From Bacteroidetes bacterium UBA6183 (lineage in GTDB: Bacteria > Bacteroidota > Bacteroidia > UKL13-3): 64,000 bases of DNA. Below the pieces are notes generated by a model. The model did no database searches, was not told the DNA's origin, and saw only the letters and a list, made by a program, of their open reading frames with translations. Positions 30,355 through 40,296 of the stretch are shown here, piece by piece. Location of the stretch: contig DITN01000087.1 in NCBI GenBank assembly GCA_002422865.1, forward strand, positions 25,084 through 89,083. The letters are read 5' to 3'. Position 1 is the stretch's first letter. Every line of letters starts with the position of its first letter. The translations under genes were made by a program, and so were the position numbers.

Positions 30355-30359
30355 TATTT
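30344..30359. promoter_or_regulatory. perfect 16-bp palindrome AAATAATGCATTATTT in the divergent sigma/adhesin control region
   Basis: Read directly from the sequence. It creates an apparent ATG-CAT-TAT 'MHY' start on both strands. Confidence 0.4.
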
Positions 30360-33300
30360 ATCTAACTTAGCACACCACTTCTTGTCCGTTGTTTTGTTAA
30401 AAAATAATTTTTTGTACAGTATTTTACTGTTGTGGGCATTACTGCATCATGCACGGGCTTTTGGGCACGAGGAGCCTGCTGTGCCAAAATCAAACACCGG
30501 GTTTATTGCCAATAAAGGACAGTGGCTCAACCCTTCACAGTACTTGATAAACTTAAAAGGAGCACAAGTATTTGTTGAACCAAACGCCTTACAATATTTT
30601 TTTGAAAAAGAACAAGATGTTGCAAATTATTTTAGCCATAGCCTCAACCCGCATTTGTTTAAACCACAACTAATAAACCGCCATGCGGTAAGGGTTGAGT
30701 TTGAAAATGCATTAAAAAATCCAATTATTGGACAAGACCCATTGCCACATTATTACAACTTTTTTAACGGAAACAACCCCGACTTATGGAAGGGGAAGGT
30801 GCCTTCGTTTGCTAAGGTAACTTACTCGCAAATTTATTCTGGTGTTTCTATGCATGTTTATACCAATCAGCAAGGAGGATTAAAATATGATTTTATTGTG
30901 TCACCAAAATCATCCGCCCAACAAATAAAAATGCGCTACTTAGGGGCAAATAAGGTTAAGTTACAAAACGGCAACCTAATTATAAAAACTAGTGTTAACG
31001 AGTTTATTGAGAGCAAACCTTATGCTTACCAAACCATAAACGGTAATAACCAAGAGGTGGAATGTGCCTTTGTGTTAAAGGACAATGTGGTTTCGTTTGT
31101 GTTGGGTGATTACAACCCAAACTACAAGTTAACCATTGACCCTGAATTAATATTTAGCACTTACAGCGGCAGCAGTGTTGATAATTTTGGCCACACCGCC
31201 ACTTATGATAACAGCGGGAATTTATACACAGCCGGTATTGCCCGTAATGCAACAGACTTTCCGAATGGACGATATCCAACCACCACAGGTGCATTTCAAA
31301 CCGTTTGGGGAGGCGGAGCTGGAAGCTGGCCTCAAAATGGCTTTCCGTGCGATATTGCCATCAGTAAATACAACAACGATGGCACCGCGTTGATGTATGC
31401 CACTTATTTAGGTGGCGATAAAAACGATTATCCGTTAAGTTTAGTTGCCGATGCCAACGAACAACTTTTGGTTTTAGGCGTAACACTTTCAGCAAATTTT
31501 CCGGTTAGTTTTAACGGGGCATATAAAACAAAATCAGATTCGTTTGATATTACTGTTACCCGATTTACAGCAAGCGGTGGTGCATTGGTAGGCAGTACAT
31601 ACCTTGGTGGTAACGGTATTGATGGTATTAATATTGCCGACACTTTGCGCATGAATTACTCTGATGAGTTTAGGGGCGAGATACAACTTACACCAACAGG
31701 TGATGTGGTATTGGTGTCTTCCACAACATCAACAAATTTACCGGTAAGTTTAGGGGCTGTTCAGCCCACAAAAAACAGCTTACAAGATGGCGTAATTTTT
31801 AAATTAGATGCAGCACTTACACAGGTAAAAAATTGCACCTATTTTGGGCGAGAAAAACACGATGCATTATACTCACTAGACGTGTATCCGAATGGTGATA
31901 TAGCTATTGCTGGAGGCACACAAAGTTTGGGTTTTACGCCAACAAGTGGACCAGGTTATCGTGGAGGAATTAGCGATGCTTTTGTTGCAAAATTAAGTGC
32001 ATCATTAACTACTATTTTAGGCTTACGCTATTGGGGTAGCGGCAGCTACGATCAGGCGCATTTTGTAAAATTAGACCAAGCACAAAATGTATTAGTTATG
32101 GGCCAAACTTACGATAGCATTTTGGTTACTCCAGGTACATACTACAATGGCAGAGGTGGTTTATTTATCAGTAAGTTTTCTTCTGATTTAGCTACAATTG
32201 TTTTCTCTACTCAAATAGGAAATGGAACAGCCAATAATGCCTTAGCGCCAAGTGCTTTTATGGTTGATGTGTGTGGCAGAATTTATGGATCTGTATGGGC
32301 GGGTATTGTAAATTTTCAGTCTAGATACAGGACATTAAATCCGGCAGGTTTTGCGAGCAGTACCAACGGAATGCCTTTCACGGTAAATGCCTTTCAAACC
32401 GCTACCGATGGAAGCGATTTTTACTTGTTTGTGTTGAGCCCAAATGCTGATAGTTTAAACTATGCCACCTTTTTTGGTGAGCTATTTGGTGCCGATCACG
32501 TAGATGGTGGAACAAGCCGGTTTGATAAAAGAGGGATCATGTATCAATCGGTTTGTGCAAGTTGTAATGACGGGGTTTCGGGAACATTTCCTACAACACT
32601 TGGTAGCTATTCGCCAGCTAACAAAAGCCCCCGGTGTAGCAATGCTACATTTAAATTTGATTTCAGGCAAGGAAATGTGTTAACAGCTGATTTTAAAATT
32701 GAACCTCGAAATGGTTGCGGAAACAAACGCATGCAGTTTGTTAATAATTCGCATAATGCTACTAAAAACTATTGGTACATAAATAATATATTGGTTGATA
32801 GCACTGTAAATTATAATGACTCATTTAGTGTTTTAGGAACCTACACCGTTAAACTAAAAGTTCAAAACGCGTTCGCTTGCAATCAGGTTGACTCCATGAC
32901 AAAAACGTTTACCGTTCAAAACTCTTCCAATGCAAAAATTACGGTAATACAAGATAGTTGTGGACCGGCTGTTTTTATGTACAACCAAAGTACATCAGGT
33001 AACGGACAGCCAATACCCTACATCTGGTATTTTGGTGATGGTGATACCAGCACACTTCAAAACCCGGTTCATTTTTACAGTACAAATGGTTTTTACAATA
33101 TACGCTTAATAACAGATCCCGGAAGTTTTTGTGCAGATACAGCCTTGTATATATTGGATTATAGCCGCACCGGTAAAAACTTAAATGCCGACTTTTTACC
33201 GTTAGATTCTTTAAGGTGTGCGCCAAATATTATTGAAATAAGAAATAACAGCGAGAACGGACAACAATTTTTTTGGTATGTTAACAATCAACTGGTTTCT

Positions 33301-34965
33301 CAACAAAACATGGGATTTGATACCATTGTTGATGCAGGATTTTTTCGTGTTAAACTAGTAGCACGAGACACAACAACTTGTCAAGTTTTTGATACGTTTG
33401 AAAGGACTTTTTCGGCACTAAGCGAACGTTTTCCGGTATTTACAGAAAACCTTGATAGTTGCTCTCTTAAGGTTCGTTTTACAAACACAACCAATTTACA
33501 AATTGGTGATACCGTCAACTATCTGTGGGATTTTGGTGATGGCTTGTTATCAACCCAAGCTAACCCTACACATAAATATGCCGATACCGGATGGTACACG
33601 GTTACACTTACAACAAATATTGGGTTTCCTTGTCAACGCAATACATCAAAACAAATAAGGGTTGATGCCAACAACAGGGTTTTATTGGCGAGGTTTGATG
33701 TTACACCCGATCCGATTTGTGAACCAATTACAATCAACGCTTTAAACAACAGCATAAATTCCATAAAAAATTATTGGTATTTAAATCAACTATTGGTTGA
33801 TAGTAGTAATGCAAATTTTGGTGATACCATTTCACAAAGTGGAAATTACGATTTAATGTTGGTTGTTTATAATCCGCTTACGTGTAACGTTTACGATACT
33901 TTAGTAAAAACATTCACGGCACACGCATCATCAGTTGCGTTGTTTACCGCTAAAAAAGACAGCTGCTCTAATTTGGTTATTTTCACCAATCAATCAATAA
34001 ACAACAGCCAAACACCCATCAATTATTGGTGGAATTTTGGTGATGGACAAACATCAACCCAAACCAACCCAACACATGTTTACACAACAGACAGCATATA
34101 CATCATTACATTAATAACCAACCCAAACACCCCTTGTGCCGATACTGCAACCACAACCATTAATTACAAAGTAAATAGCCATATTTTAAAGGCAGATTTT
34201 GTGGTTACGGATAGTACAGTTTGTGCGCCTTCATACTTTAAAGCAAGCAATACAAGCACCAATGGAAAACAGTTTTTTTGGTATGTAAATAATACTTTAG
34301 TAAGCACAAACGATAGTGCATTTAACGATACGCTTAAGTTAGCCGGCAAATACAACATCAAATTAGTAGTTGTTGATAGCAACACTTGTATAATAAGCGA
34401 TACCACAGAAAAAAACATTACTGTAAACCTGAGTGCGAAAGCCGATTTTGTAATGCAGCGCGATAGTTGTTCGCTTGATGTGGTATTTAGAAACTTAAGC
34501 AGCTCTAATAATGTACCTTTAGTTTGGCGTTTTGGTGATGGAGATAGCAGCACAGAATTTAGCCCACGACACCAATATGCCGTTACCGGAATATACAAGG
34601 TTCAACTCATTTTTAGTCCCGGTACGTTTTGTGCCGATACTGCAGAAAACACTTATTTTATTGATGGAGACAGTGCACAACAAATTGTCATACCAAATGT
34701 ATTTACACCAAATGGAGATGGAATTAATGATTGTTACCAAGTTACCGGAGTAAGCCAAAAATGCGATGAATACCACATTTTAATTTACAACAGATGGGGA
34801 TCGCCTGTTTATGAAAACACTGATGGAAGTTGGTGTTGGGACGGGAAAAACCAAGGAGGAGAAGATATTCCGCAGGGTGTTTATTATTATATCATTACCA
34901 TTAAAAAGAAAAACGGCTACCAGCGTAAAGAGCACGGCACAGTTACCCTTATTCGTAATAAATAA
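30349..34965 (+). CDS. giant T9SS type-B surface protein with four tandem PKD-domain repeat units. The start is uncertain (ATG 30349, or TTG 30412 giving the signal peptide 'MYSILLLWALLHHARA').
   Basis: About 1538 aa. Repeated 'WYFGDG', 'LWDFGDG', 'WWNFGDG' and 'WRFGDG' motifs. The C-terminal 'NVFTPNGDGINDCYQV...YNRWGSPVYEN...GVYYYIITI...GTVTLIRNK' is a type-B domain. Confidence 0.88.
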   Translation: MHYLSNLAHHFLSVVLLKNNFLYSILLLWALLHHARAFGHEEPAVPKSNTGFIANKGQWLNPSQYLINLKGAQVFVEPNALQYFFEKEQDVANYFSHSLNPHLFKPQLINRHAVRVEFENALKNPIIGQDPLPHYYNFFNGNNPDLWKGKVPSFAKVTYSQIYSGVSMHVYTNQQGGLKYDFIVSPKSSAQQIKMRYLGANKVKLQNGNLIIKTSVNEFIESKPYAYQTINGNNQEVECAFVLKDNVVSFVLGDYNPNYKLTIDPELIFSTYSGSSVDNFGHTATYDNSGNLYTAGIARNATDFPNGRYPTTTGAFQTVWGGGAGSWPQNGFPCDIAISKYNNDGTALMYATYLGGDKNDYPLSLVADANEQLLVLGVTLSANFPVSFNGAYKTKSDSFDITVTRFTASGGALVGSTYLGGNGIDGINIADTLRMNYSDEFRGEIQLTPTGDVVLVSSTTSTNLPVSLGAVQPTKNSLQDGVIFKLDAALTQVKNCTYFGREKHDALYSLDVYPNGDIAIAGGTQSLGFTPTSGPGYRGGISDAFVAKLSASLTTILGLRYWGSGSYDQAHFVKLDQAQNVLVMGQTYDSILVTPGTYYNGRGGLFISKFSSDLATIVFSTQIGNGTANNALAPSAFMVDVCGRIYGSVWAGIVNFQSRYRTLNPAGFASSTNGMPFTVNAFQTATDGSDFYLFVLSPNADSLNYATFFGELFGADHVDGGTSRFDKRGIMYQSVCASCNDGVSGTFPTTLGSYSPANKSPRCSNATFKFDFRQGNVLTADFKIEPRNGCGNKRMQFVNNSHNATKNYWYINNILVDSTVNYNDSFSVLGTYTVKLKVQNAFACNQVDSMTKTFTVQNSSNAKITVIQDSCGPAVFMYNQSTSGNGQPIPYIWYFGDGDTSTLQNPVHFYSTNGFYNIRLITDPGSFCADTALYILDYSRTGKNLNADFLPLDSLRCAPNIIEIRNNSENGQQFFWYVNNQLVSQQNMGFDTIVDAGFFRVKLVARDTTTCQVFDTFERTFSALSERFPVFTENLDSCSLKVRFTNTTNLQIGDTVNYLWDFGDGLLSTQANPTHKYADTGWYTVTLTTNIGFPCQRNTSKQIRVDANNRVLLARFDVTPDPICEPITINALNNSINSIKNYWYLNQLLVDSSNANFGDTISQSGNYDLMLVVYNPLTCNVYDTLVKTFTAHASSVALFTAKKDSCSNLVIFTNQSINNSQTPINYWWNFGDGQTSTQTNPTHVYTTDSIYIITLITNPNTPCADTATTTINYKVNSHILKADFVVTDSTVCAPSYFKASNTSTNGKQFFWYVNNTLVSTNDSAFNDTLKLAGKYNIKLVVVDSNTCIISDTTEKNITVNLSAKADFVMQRDSCSLDVVFRNLSSSNNVPLVWRFGDGDSSTEFSPRHQYAVTGIYKVQLIFSPGTFCADTAENTYFIDGDSAQQIVIPNVFTPNGDGINDCYQVTGVSQKCDEYHILIYNRWGSPVYENTDGSWCWDGKNQGGEDIPQGVYYYIITIKKKNGYQRKEHGTVTLIRNK
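32640..34760 (+). repeat. four tandem copies of a two-module (PKD-like) coding repeat of about 500 nt inside the adhesin gene
   Basis: Periodic motifs NYWYINN / FFWYVNNQ / NYWYLNQ / FFWYVNNT alternate with WYFGDG / LWDFGDG / WWNFGDG / WRFGDG at about 165-aa spacing. Confidence 0.7.
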
Positions 34966-34967
34966 AC

Positions 34968-35411
34968 CTATTTAGTCTCGCTACTTTTATTAATTACCTG
35001 CCAACTATGGTCGCCCAACAAACGTATGGTGGCTACATGTTTCATTTCTGTTTTGCTTCTGCCCCACTCGTTTGGTGCAATTAGCGATATGGCAAAATGA
35101 TCGCCCTTTTCATACAAATGATAAACTTGGTTAACCACTGGCGTAAAGCGCATTTCAGATTGATAGATTTGTTCAGAAATTTTTAGCCTATCTTCTATTT
35201 CACGCACTTGCTGCATAATTAAATCAGCTTGTTTGCGCAACATATCCATTTCTTGTTGTGCGTAATGGTGCATGGCCTCTACAGCATTTGCTCTTATTTT
35301 TCCTTTATCCTCGGGTTTAATCGGCACAGAGCCAACACTTAAAGGTATTGGTGATAAAGATGCGGGACCGCTGTAACTTTCAAATTCTTTTTCTTCTGTC
35401 ATGTTAGCCAT
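34968..35411 (-). CDS. hypothetical protein
   Basis: 147-aa ORF with no signal peptide and a coiled-coil-like middle segment. Confidence 0.55.
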   Translation of the reverse strand: MANMTEEKEFESYSGPASLSPIPLSVGSVPIKPEDKGKIRANAVEAMHHYAQQEMDMLRKQADLIMQQVREIEDRLKISEQIYQSEMRFTPVVNQVYHLYEKGDHFAISLIAPNEWGRSKTEMKHVATIRLLGDHSWQVINKSSETK

Positions 35412-35493
35412 GCAAAGTTAACACCTGTTTGCCTAAAACGTTTTACAATGGGCAAACAATTATGTGGTTTAAATGGTTAATTTTGTATCCGCT

Positions 35494-36336
35494 ATGAATG
35501 TAAACGTAGAAATAGACAACAATTCTGGCTTTTGTTTTGGTGTAGTTTATGCCATTCACATGGCCGAAGAAATATTAGACGAAACCGGTCAGTTATATTG
35601 CCTTGGCGATATTGTTCATAATGACGAAGAAGTTGAACGCTTGCGAAAGAAGGGTTTAAAAATCATTAACCACGAAACCTTAAAAACTTTAACCAACGAA
35701 CGCGTTTTAATACGCGCACATGGCGAACCACCTGAAACTTACAAGTTGGCTTTAGATAATAATATTGAATTGGTGGATGCCAGTTGCCCGGTTGTTTTAA
35801 AACTTCAAAACCGTGTAAGGGAAGCTTACAATGATGACGAACAAATTATTATTTACGGTAAACATGGTCATGCAGAAGTTGACGGATTAAAAGGACAAAC
35901 CAACGGTGATGCTATTGTTATAGAAAAATTTGAGGAGTTAGAGCAACATACTTTACCTAAAAAAGTTCAACTGTTTAGTCAAACCACCAAAAGCACCAAA
36001 AACCTTTACGCACTAAAAGGGTTATTAGAGGGTAGAGGTGTAGAAGTTGATTTTAATGATACACTTTGTCGCCAAGTAAGTAACCGCGATGGAGAGTTGC
36101 GTAAATTTGCCAAACGTTATGATAAAGTAGTGTTTGTGGCCGGTAAAAAATCATCTAACGGAAAAGTTTTACATGATGTATGTAAAGAAGAAAATCCAAA
36201 TACCTTTTTTGTGAGTAGCAAAGAAGAATTAGACAAGACTTGGTTTAATGAAGGTGATACCATTGGAATTTGTGGAGCAACATCAACACCACAATGGCAA
36301 ATGGAAGATGTAAAACAAGCAATAATGAGTTTATGA
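35494..36336 (+). CDS. ispH: 4-hydroxy-3-methylbut-2-enyl diphosphate reductase
   Basis: 'NSGFCFGVVYAIHMAEE' is the first Cys-ligand region. 'LVDASCPVV' and 'ICGATSTPQW' are present. The start is taken at MNVNVEID (the ORF extends to 35473). Confidence 0.9.
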   Translation: MNVNVEIDNNSGFCFGVVYAIHMAEEILDETGQLYCLGDIVHNDEEVERLRKKGLKIINHETLKTLTNERVLIRAHGEPPETYKLALDNNIELVDASCPVVLKLQNRVREAYNDDEQIIIYGKHGHAEVDGLKGQTNGDAIVIEKFEELEQHTLPKKVQLFSQTTKSTKNLYALKGLLEGRGVEVDFNDTLCRQVSNRDGELRKFAKRYDKVVFVAGKKSSNGKVLHDVCKEENPNTFFVSSKEELDKTWFNEGDTIGICGATSTPQWQMEDVKQAIMSL

Positions 36337-36338
36337 AT

Positions 36339-36917
36339 ATGAAAAAGAACATATTAATTCTGTCGTCAATTGCTGCATTGGGCATGTTGGCTTACAGCTT
36401 TATTTTTAGAACAAAAAACGTAACACACGCTCCTATGGGAAAATCGTTTTACGATTTAAAAATTAAAACGCTTGATGGTAAAGGCACTATTAATTTTGCT
36501 GATTACAAAGGCAAAAAGATACTTTGCGTAAATACCGCATCTGCTTGTGGCTATACCAAGCAATATGATGGTCTTCAAAAATTGAGTGAAAAGTACAAAG
36601 GTAAACTAGTGATTATCGGTTTCCCTTGTAATCAATTTGGCGGGCAAGAATCAGGAACCGAAGAAGAGATCAGTACGTTTTGTAAAAAGAACTTTGGCGT
36701 TACCTTCCCGCTTACCGAAAAAATTGATGTGAAGGGCAAAAGCCAACATCCGGTATACCAATGGTTATGCCAGAAAAGCAACAACAACGTTGGTGATTAT
36801 GAAGTTAAATGGAACTTCAACAAATTTCTGATTGATGAAAAAGGAAACTTGCAAGCTTATTTCCCTTCATCAGTTAAACCAGAGAGCGAAGAAATGACAT
36901 CGGCTATCAATAAATAG
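36339..36917 (+). CDS. glutathione peroxidase with N-terminal signal/anchor
   Basis: 'ILCVNTASACGYTKQYDGLQKL...VIIGFPCNQFGGQE' is the GPx catalytic Cys/Trp/Gln signature. Confidence 0.88.
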   Translation: MKKNILILSSIAALGMLAYSFIFRTKNVTHAPMGKSFYDLKIKTLDGKGTINFADYKGKKILCVNTASACGYTKQYDGLQKLSEKYKGKLVIIGFPCNQFGGQESGTEEEISTFCKKNFGVTFPLTEKIDVKGKSQHPVYQWLCQKSNNNVGDYEVKWNFNKFLIDEKGNLQAYFPSSVKPESEEMTSAINK

Positions 36918-36935
36918 GTAGTAAATACACTTTTC

Positions 36936-36975
36936 AAAAACCGTGAATCACAAACTGTGGTTCACGGTTTTTTTA
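36936..36975 (+). terminator. intrinsic terminator after the GPx gene
   Basis: Stem AAAACCGTGAA/TTCACGGTTTT, followed by T7. Confidence 0.65.
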
Positions 36976-37089
36976 TGAGCTAAACCAATTAAAGGAACAT
37001 CATCTGCCACCAAACAACCAAATAATCAAGCACATAAAAGCTTAATACCATTTTTGAATAAAAACGCTATTTTCGTGCGGTTATCAGCT

Positions 37090-37521
37090 ATGCAAATTAA
37101 AATAATTAACAAATCGGAACACCCCTTACCGGCATACGAGACAGTTCTTGCAGCGGGTATGGACTTGCGTGCAAACTTACCCGAAACAGTAACACTTGCA
37201 CCTATGCAACGCACATTGATACCAACCGGTTTGTTTATGGAATTACCTGTTGGTTTTGAGGCGCAAATAAGGCCAAGAAGTGGATTAGCATTTAAACATG
37301 GAGTTACCGTGCTTAATTCGCCCGGAACTATTGATGCTGATTACAGAGGAGAAATTAAGGTGTTGTTAGTTAATCTTGGTAACGAAAGTTTTGAAATAAA
37401 ACGCGGTGAGCGCATCGCACAAATGATTATTGCCAAACACGAAACTGCAAGTTGGCTGGTTGTTGACCAACTTGGGGATACATCGCGCGGTGCAGGCGGA
37501 TACGGCAGTACAGGAAAATAA
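37090..37521 (+). CDS. dut: dUTP diphosphatase
   Basis: 'AAGMDLRA', '[35 protein letters not shown]' and 'GERIAQM' are the dUTPase motifs. Confidence 0.9.
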   Translation: MQIKIINKSEHPLPAYETVLAAGMDLRANLPETVTLAPMQRTLIPTGLFMELPVGFEAQIRPRSGLAFKHGVTVLNSPGTIDADYRGEIKVLLVNLGNESFEIKRGERIAQMIIAKHETASWLVVDQLGDTSRGAGGYGSTGK

Positions 37522-37571
37522 ATTGTAAACCTTAACTATAAAGTAGCGATAGCTGCTAACAATAAAACGAA

Positions 37572-38582
37572 ATGAAAATAATAGTACCTATGGCCGGTAT
37601 GGGCAAAAGAATGAGGCCCCATACCCTAACTGTTCCAAAACCATTAATTCCTGTTGCAGGAAAACCCATTGTACAAAAAATTATCGAAGACCTTAAAGAT
37701 GTTTGTGGCGAAGGAATTGAAGAAGTTGCATACATTATTCACCCAAGCTTTGGTAAAGCTGTTGAAAATAAGCTTGTTGAAGTAGCAGCCCAATTAGGTG
37801 CCAAAGGAACCATACACTATCAAACCGAAGCATTAGGAACCGCACATGCTATTATGTGCGCCAAAGAAGCTTTGGACGGTAATGTTTTGATCGTATTTGC
37901 CGATACCTTGTTTAAAGCAGGATTTAAACTTGACCGCAGCAAGGATGGTATTATTTGGGTTCAACAAATTGAAGACCCAAGCCAGTTTGGCGTAGTAAAG
38001 TTAGATACCAATGGTGTAATCACTGATTTTGTTGAAAAACCAACAACGTTTGTTAGCGACCTTGCTATTATTGGTATTTATTATTTTGCCGATGGTGCCA
38101 ACTTGCGCAACGAGTTACAATATTTATTGGATAACGACATTAAAGAAAAAGGTGAATACCAATTAACAAACGCACTTGAAAACATGAAAGCAAAAGGCTT
38201 AAAGTTTGAGCCAGGCAAAGTTCAAGAGTGGTTAGATTGTGGTAATAAAAACTCTACTGTTTATACCAACTCACGTGTGTTACAACACATGCATGATGAT
38301 GGTGTAAAAATGGTTGATGATTCAGCAAATATTGTTAATTCACAAATTATACAACCAAGTTTAATTGGTAAAAATGTGGTGATTAAAAATGCTGTTGTTG
38401 GCCCATATGCTTCTATTGGCGAAGGTTGTGTTATTGAAAAAAGTGTGGTTGAAAACTGCATCATTCAAAGCAATACCAAAATTAAAAATGCTGTGATAAA
38501 CAATGCCATGTTGGGAAGCCACGTTGTATATCAAGGCGAACAAAAAGACCTAAGCATTGGCGATTACACCACAGTTATATAG
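37572..38582 (+). CDS. sugar-phosphate nucleotidyltransferase with C-terminal left-handed beta-helix (GlmU/RmlA-like)
   Basis: 'MKIIVPMAGMGKRMRPHTLTVPKPLIPVAGKPIV' is an NTP-transferase N-terminus. The C-terminus carries hexapeptide repeats. Confidence 0.8.
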   Translation: MKIIVPMAGMGKRMRPHTLTVPKPLIPVAGKPIVQKIIEDLKDVCGEGIEEVAYIIHPSFGKAVENKLVEVAAQLGAKGTIHYQTEALGTAHAIMCAKEALDGNVLIVFADTLFKAGFKLDRSKDGIIWVQQIEDPSQFGVVKLDTNGVITDFVEKPTTFVSDLAIIGIYYFADGANLRNELQYLLDNDIKEKGEYQLTNALENMKAKGLKFEPGKVQEWLDCGNKNSTVYTNSRVLQHMHDDGVKMVDDSANIVNSQIIQPSLIGKNVVIKNAVVGPYASIGEGCVIEKSVVENCIIQSNTKIKNAVINNAMLGSHVVYQGEQKDLSIGDYTTVI

Positions 38583-40296
38583 ACAAATCAAACGCGTACT
38601 TTTCTTGTTTGCATTGATGTTAACAGCATCAACAAGAATTACTTATGCGCAAAAAAGCGACCCGAAATTAACCGAAGAACAACGGATAAAATTTGACCAG
38701 CATTTTATTAATGCCAACAAATTTTTAATGGTTAAACAACCGGATGAAGCGCTCAAAGAGATTAAACAAGCCGAGGCCATTGATGCAGAAAATGGCGCGT
38801 TGAATTATTTGGCGGCTCAAATTTACTTACAAAAAAGTTTGTTGGTTGATGCGGAAAGGTACGCCCTTAAAGCAAGCAAGTTAGAACCGGAAAACCCTTG
38901 GTACAACAAACTTTTGGGTGAGGTTTACAAATCGCAAAAACAGTATAAAAAGGCCGGAGATTTATACTCAGTAATTTATCGTAAAGAGCCTAAATCGTTG
39001 ACGGCATTGTACGATGCTACATACATGTATGTAATGGCACGCGAACTTGATAAAGCTTTAAAACTACTTACCGAAGCCGAAAGAGTAATTGGTTTGAATG
39101 AGGATATTGTAAAGCAAAAACAGAGCATTTTCCTTGCTCAAAACAAAGTTGATAAAGCCATTAAAGAGGCAGAGAAACTAACCACAGCCTACCCGCAAAA
39201 CACGCGTTATATAGGCCAGCTGGCTGATATTTACCTATCTAACGGAAAAGAAGAAAAAGCAAACGAACTTTACCGCAAAATATTAAGCATTGAACCTGAT
39301 AACGGATACGCATTGCTTGCGTTAGCAGATGATTACAGAAACAAAAAAAATTATACCGAGTGGTTTAACTACACCTTAGCTGCTGCAAAAAGCCCCACTT
39401 TAGATGTAAAATCGAAATTACGTACTTGCATTGAAGTCATATCAAGCAACCAATTTGGTGACGAACAAAAAAGCAAAAACTACCAATTAGCTAATGCCTT
39501 AACACAAACCAATGCGGATGAGGCAGCAGCTTGGATGCTTTTGGGTGACTTATATGCACAAGACACCAAATACAAAGAAGCACACGAACAATACGAAAAG
39601 GCGGCAGTAATAGAACCGGGAAACTACAGCATTTGGCGACAAATGGTGATGTGCAGCAGCGAACTTCGCGATAATCAACAAATGATGAAAGACTGCGAAC
39701 GTGCCATTGAGCTATTTCCTAACGAAGCACTATTTTATGCATATTATACTTTTGCGGCACAACAACTAAAGTTATATCAGTCGGCAATTGACATGGCCCG
39801 CAGGGGCTTAGAACTTAGCGAAGGGCAATCTGCTATTCAAATCCAATTGTACGTTTCTATAGGCGATGCAGCCCACTTCTTAAAACAATACAGCATCAGC
39901 GATAGTGCATTTGAAGCCACATTAAAAATTGATAGAAACAATACTTACGCATTAAACAACTATGCCTACTTTTTAAGTTTACGCAAAACAAACTTAGAGA
40001 GGGCAGCCGAGATGAGCTTACGTACCATAGAACTTGATGCCCAAAACGCCTCTTACTACGATACCTATGGCTGGATTTTATTTGTGCAGAAAAAGTACAA
40101 TGAAGCCAAAACTCAAATAGAAAAATCAATAGAGCTAGCGCCCAAAAATGCTGAGGTCTTAGATCATTATGGTGATGTACTTTATCATTTGGGTGATGTA
40201 AATAAAGCTGTTGAACAATGGATTAAAGCCCGCGATTTTGGCGTTGAAAATAGTTTGATTAACAAAAAAATTAAAGACAAAAAGTGGTATGAGTAA
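38557..40296 (+). CDS. TPR-repeat protein (secreted)
   Basis: Signal peptide 'VLFLFALMLTASTRITYAQ'. Many TPR-like 34-aa repeats ('LGEVYKSQKQYKKAGDLY' and similar). Confidence 0.8.
   Translation: MAITPQLYRQIKRVLFLFALMLTASTRITYAQKSDPKLTEEQRIKFDQHFINANKFLMVKQPDEALKEIKQAEAIDAENGALNYLAAQIYLQKSLLVDAERYALKASKLEPENPWYNKLLGEVYKSQKQYKKAGDLYSVIYRKEPKSLTALYDATYMYVMARELDKALKLLTEAERVIGLNEDIVKQKQSIFLAQNKVDKAIKEAEKLTTAYPQNTRYIGQLADIYLSNGKEEKANELYRKILSIEPDNGYALLALADDYRNKKNYTEWFNYTLAAAKSPTLDVKSKLRTCIEVISSNQFGDEQKSKNYQLANALTQTNADEAAAWMLLGDLYAQDTKYKEAHEQYEKAAVIEPGNYSIWRQMVMCSSELRDNQQMMKDCERAIELFPNEALFYAYYTFAAQQLKLYQSAIDMARRGLELSEGQSAIQIQLYVSIGDAAHFLKQYSISDSAFEATLKIDRNNTYALNNYAYFLSLRKTNLERAAEMSLRTIELDAQNASYYDTYGWILFVQKKYNEAKTQIEKSIELAPKNAEVLDHYGDVLYHLGDVNKAVEQWIKARDFGVENSLINKKIKDKKWYE

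Noticed and set aside
32640-34760. Regularly spaced repeats considered as a possible CRISPR array
   Set aside because: The repeat unit is about 500 nt of coding PKD modules inside a continuous ORF. It has no short direct repeats with unique spacers and no cas genes.
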